64,000 nucleotides of DNA, taken from NCBI RefSeq assembly GCF_018977255.1, contig NW_024704742.1, positions 39,496,001 through 39,560,000 of the forward strand. The letters run 5' to 3'. The notes under the pieces are model-generated. The model saw only the letters and a program-made list of their open reading frames with translations. It searched no databases and had not been told where the DNA came from. This DNA is from Callorhinchus milii (taxonomy: Eukaryota). Shown one piece after another: positions 62,779 through 64,000 of the stretch (positions are counted from its first letter, which is position 1; each line of letters opens with the position of its first letter). Position numbers and translations under genes: made by a program.

Positions 62779-63721
62779 TGTCCCAGATTATAGTCTCCAG
62801 AAGGCTATAGTACCCAATGGGGTACAAATATTTACAATCTGACTTCTTTAAAATGTCATCACAATCCTTTGTGCATTGATCGACAAAGTACCACTTCATC
62901 TTTTCCAGGTTTGAGCTCTTCTCTTGACTACAAAGGAGTTTCAGCCAGGCCTGGGGAAAGTATCTGTTGTCGCAGAAGGCTTCCAATAACAAAATTTGTC
63001 ATCATAAGGCTTGACAGCATTTTAATCTGCAGATTCCCGAAATCTTGACTTAACCCGAACAGGTTTTGGAAAACTATTTATCAGGATCAGACTGGATCAG
63101 AGACAGGATCACAAACAAAGCACTTGTAGAAGTCCCAGAGGATCATTGAGGATCATCCAACATAGCTATCAGTAGTTCCCAACTTTATTCTTATATTTGT
63201 GATATGCACAGGTTTGGAAGGTTGATGGCATTACCTCAGTAATACTTTTGATGCTGGCTTTTCCAGTGCTTCTGTGTGACAATTCAGTAATACACTGTGT
63301 CAATAATTAACATTTCTAACAACTGACAAATGTACAACATTTCTCTACAGTTTAAACATTTCAACAAAATATAAAGTGAAAAGTCAACATTTCATTACAG
63401 ATTCATACTTGATTCTGCGGATTACAAAATGTGACCTTTTTCATCCTAAATAATTAAATAATAAATGTTAAGATTATAAAGATGTTTTCATTTGAAATTG
63501 TTAATTAGTGGTCACTGTCTATGTTATACAGTCCTTTATAGATTTATTGCAATTCTGAATTGTTTTAAAAGATAAAACCAGGGCACACTTGAAATCTTGA
63601 GAGTTTGTTTATCCTATGCATTAATGTAACTCATTGAAGGTCATGGTCATAGTGCTTATCTTATACTAGTGGCCCCTGGTTACAGACTTCCTAACCAGTG
63701 GGAACAACCTAATGCTAATCT

Positions 63722-63777
63722 TAATAGTAATAATAATAATAATAGTAATAATAACAACAATAATAACAATAATAATA
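63722..63777. repeat. imperfect (AAT)n/(AAC)n microsatellite
   Basis: taatagtaataataataataatagtaataataacaacaataataacaataataat. Confidence 0.9.
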
Positions 63778-64000
63778 TCGAACCCTTTTATAATTCTTCC
63801 TTGTATTACCTTCCTTTCCTAAAGTTAGTGACCCACGCTGGCACTGTTAAACCTTCAACCCTTCTTCCTTGGAGAGGTCAGTTACATCATATCATATGGG
63901 TAGAGATCAGGAAAAATAAACTTTATTGGCATTTCTATTCCTTAGCTCTGCAACACCAAAGTCTGATTCTCATCTGATTTGCCATTTACATGCTACATCA

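Noticed and set aside
63669..63977. 102-aa ORF with poly-N
   Set aside because: Created by the AAT microsatellite.
1..64000. CRISPR array, operon or prokaryotic defence system; strand bias of retroposons as evidence of host gene direction
   Set aside because: The DNA is vertebrate and repeat-rich with no regularly spaced repeat-spacer array. L2 and SINE copies occur on both strands without a convincing bias.

Overview
Vertebrate non-coding DNA (large intron or intergenic interval). The repeat content points to a cartilaginous fish, plausibly a holocephalan; this is inferred from DeuSINE/SacSINE1-like SINEs, CR1 with (ATTCTATG)n tails and abundant L2. I recognise no host protein-coding exon, rRNA or true tRNA gene. 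The window is dominated by retroposons: about 20 L2 pieces (one 2-kb young copy with an intact RT domain), about 10 CR1 pieces, one Tx1-clade 3' end, DeuSINEs, and a tRNA-Ala-derived SINE family sharing the L2 3' stem-loop. The most interesting observations are decayed PIF/Harbinger-type Myb/SANT gene remnants that retain splice signals, a palindromic MITE-like element found twice inside DeuSINEs, a 99-bp near-identical inverted repeat made of SINE tails, a copy-number-variable G-rich minisatellite in the L2 3'UTR, an unclassified ~400-bp repeat, a short local duplication within a TGACAG motif cluster, and weak microexon candidates. I cannot support a new biological system from sequence alone. 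Boundaries of old repeats are approximate and were read by eye.
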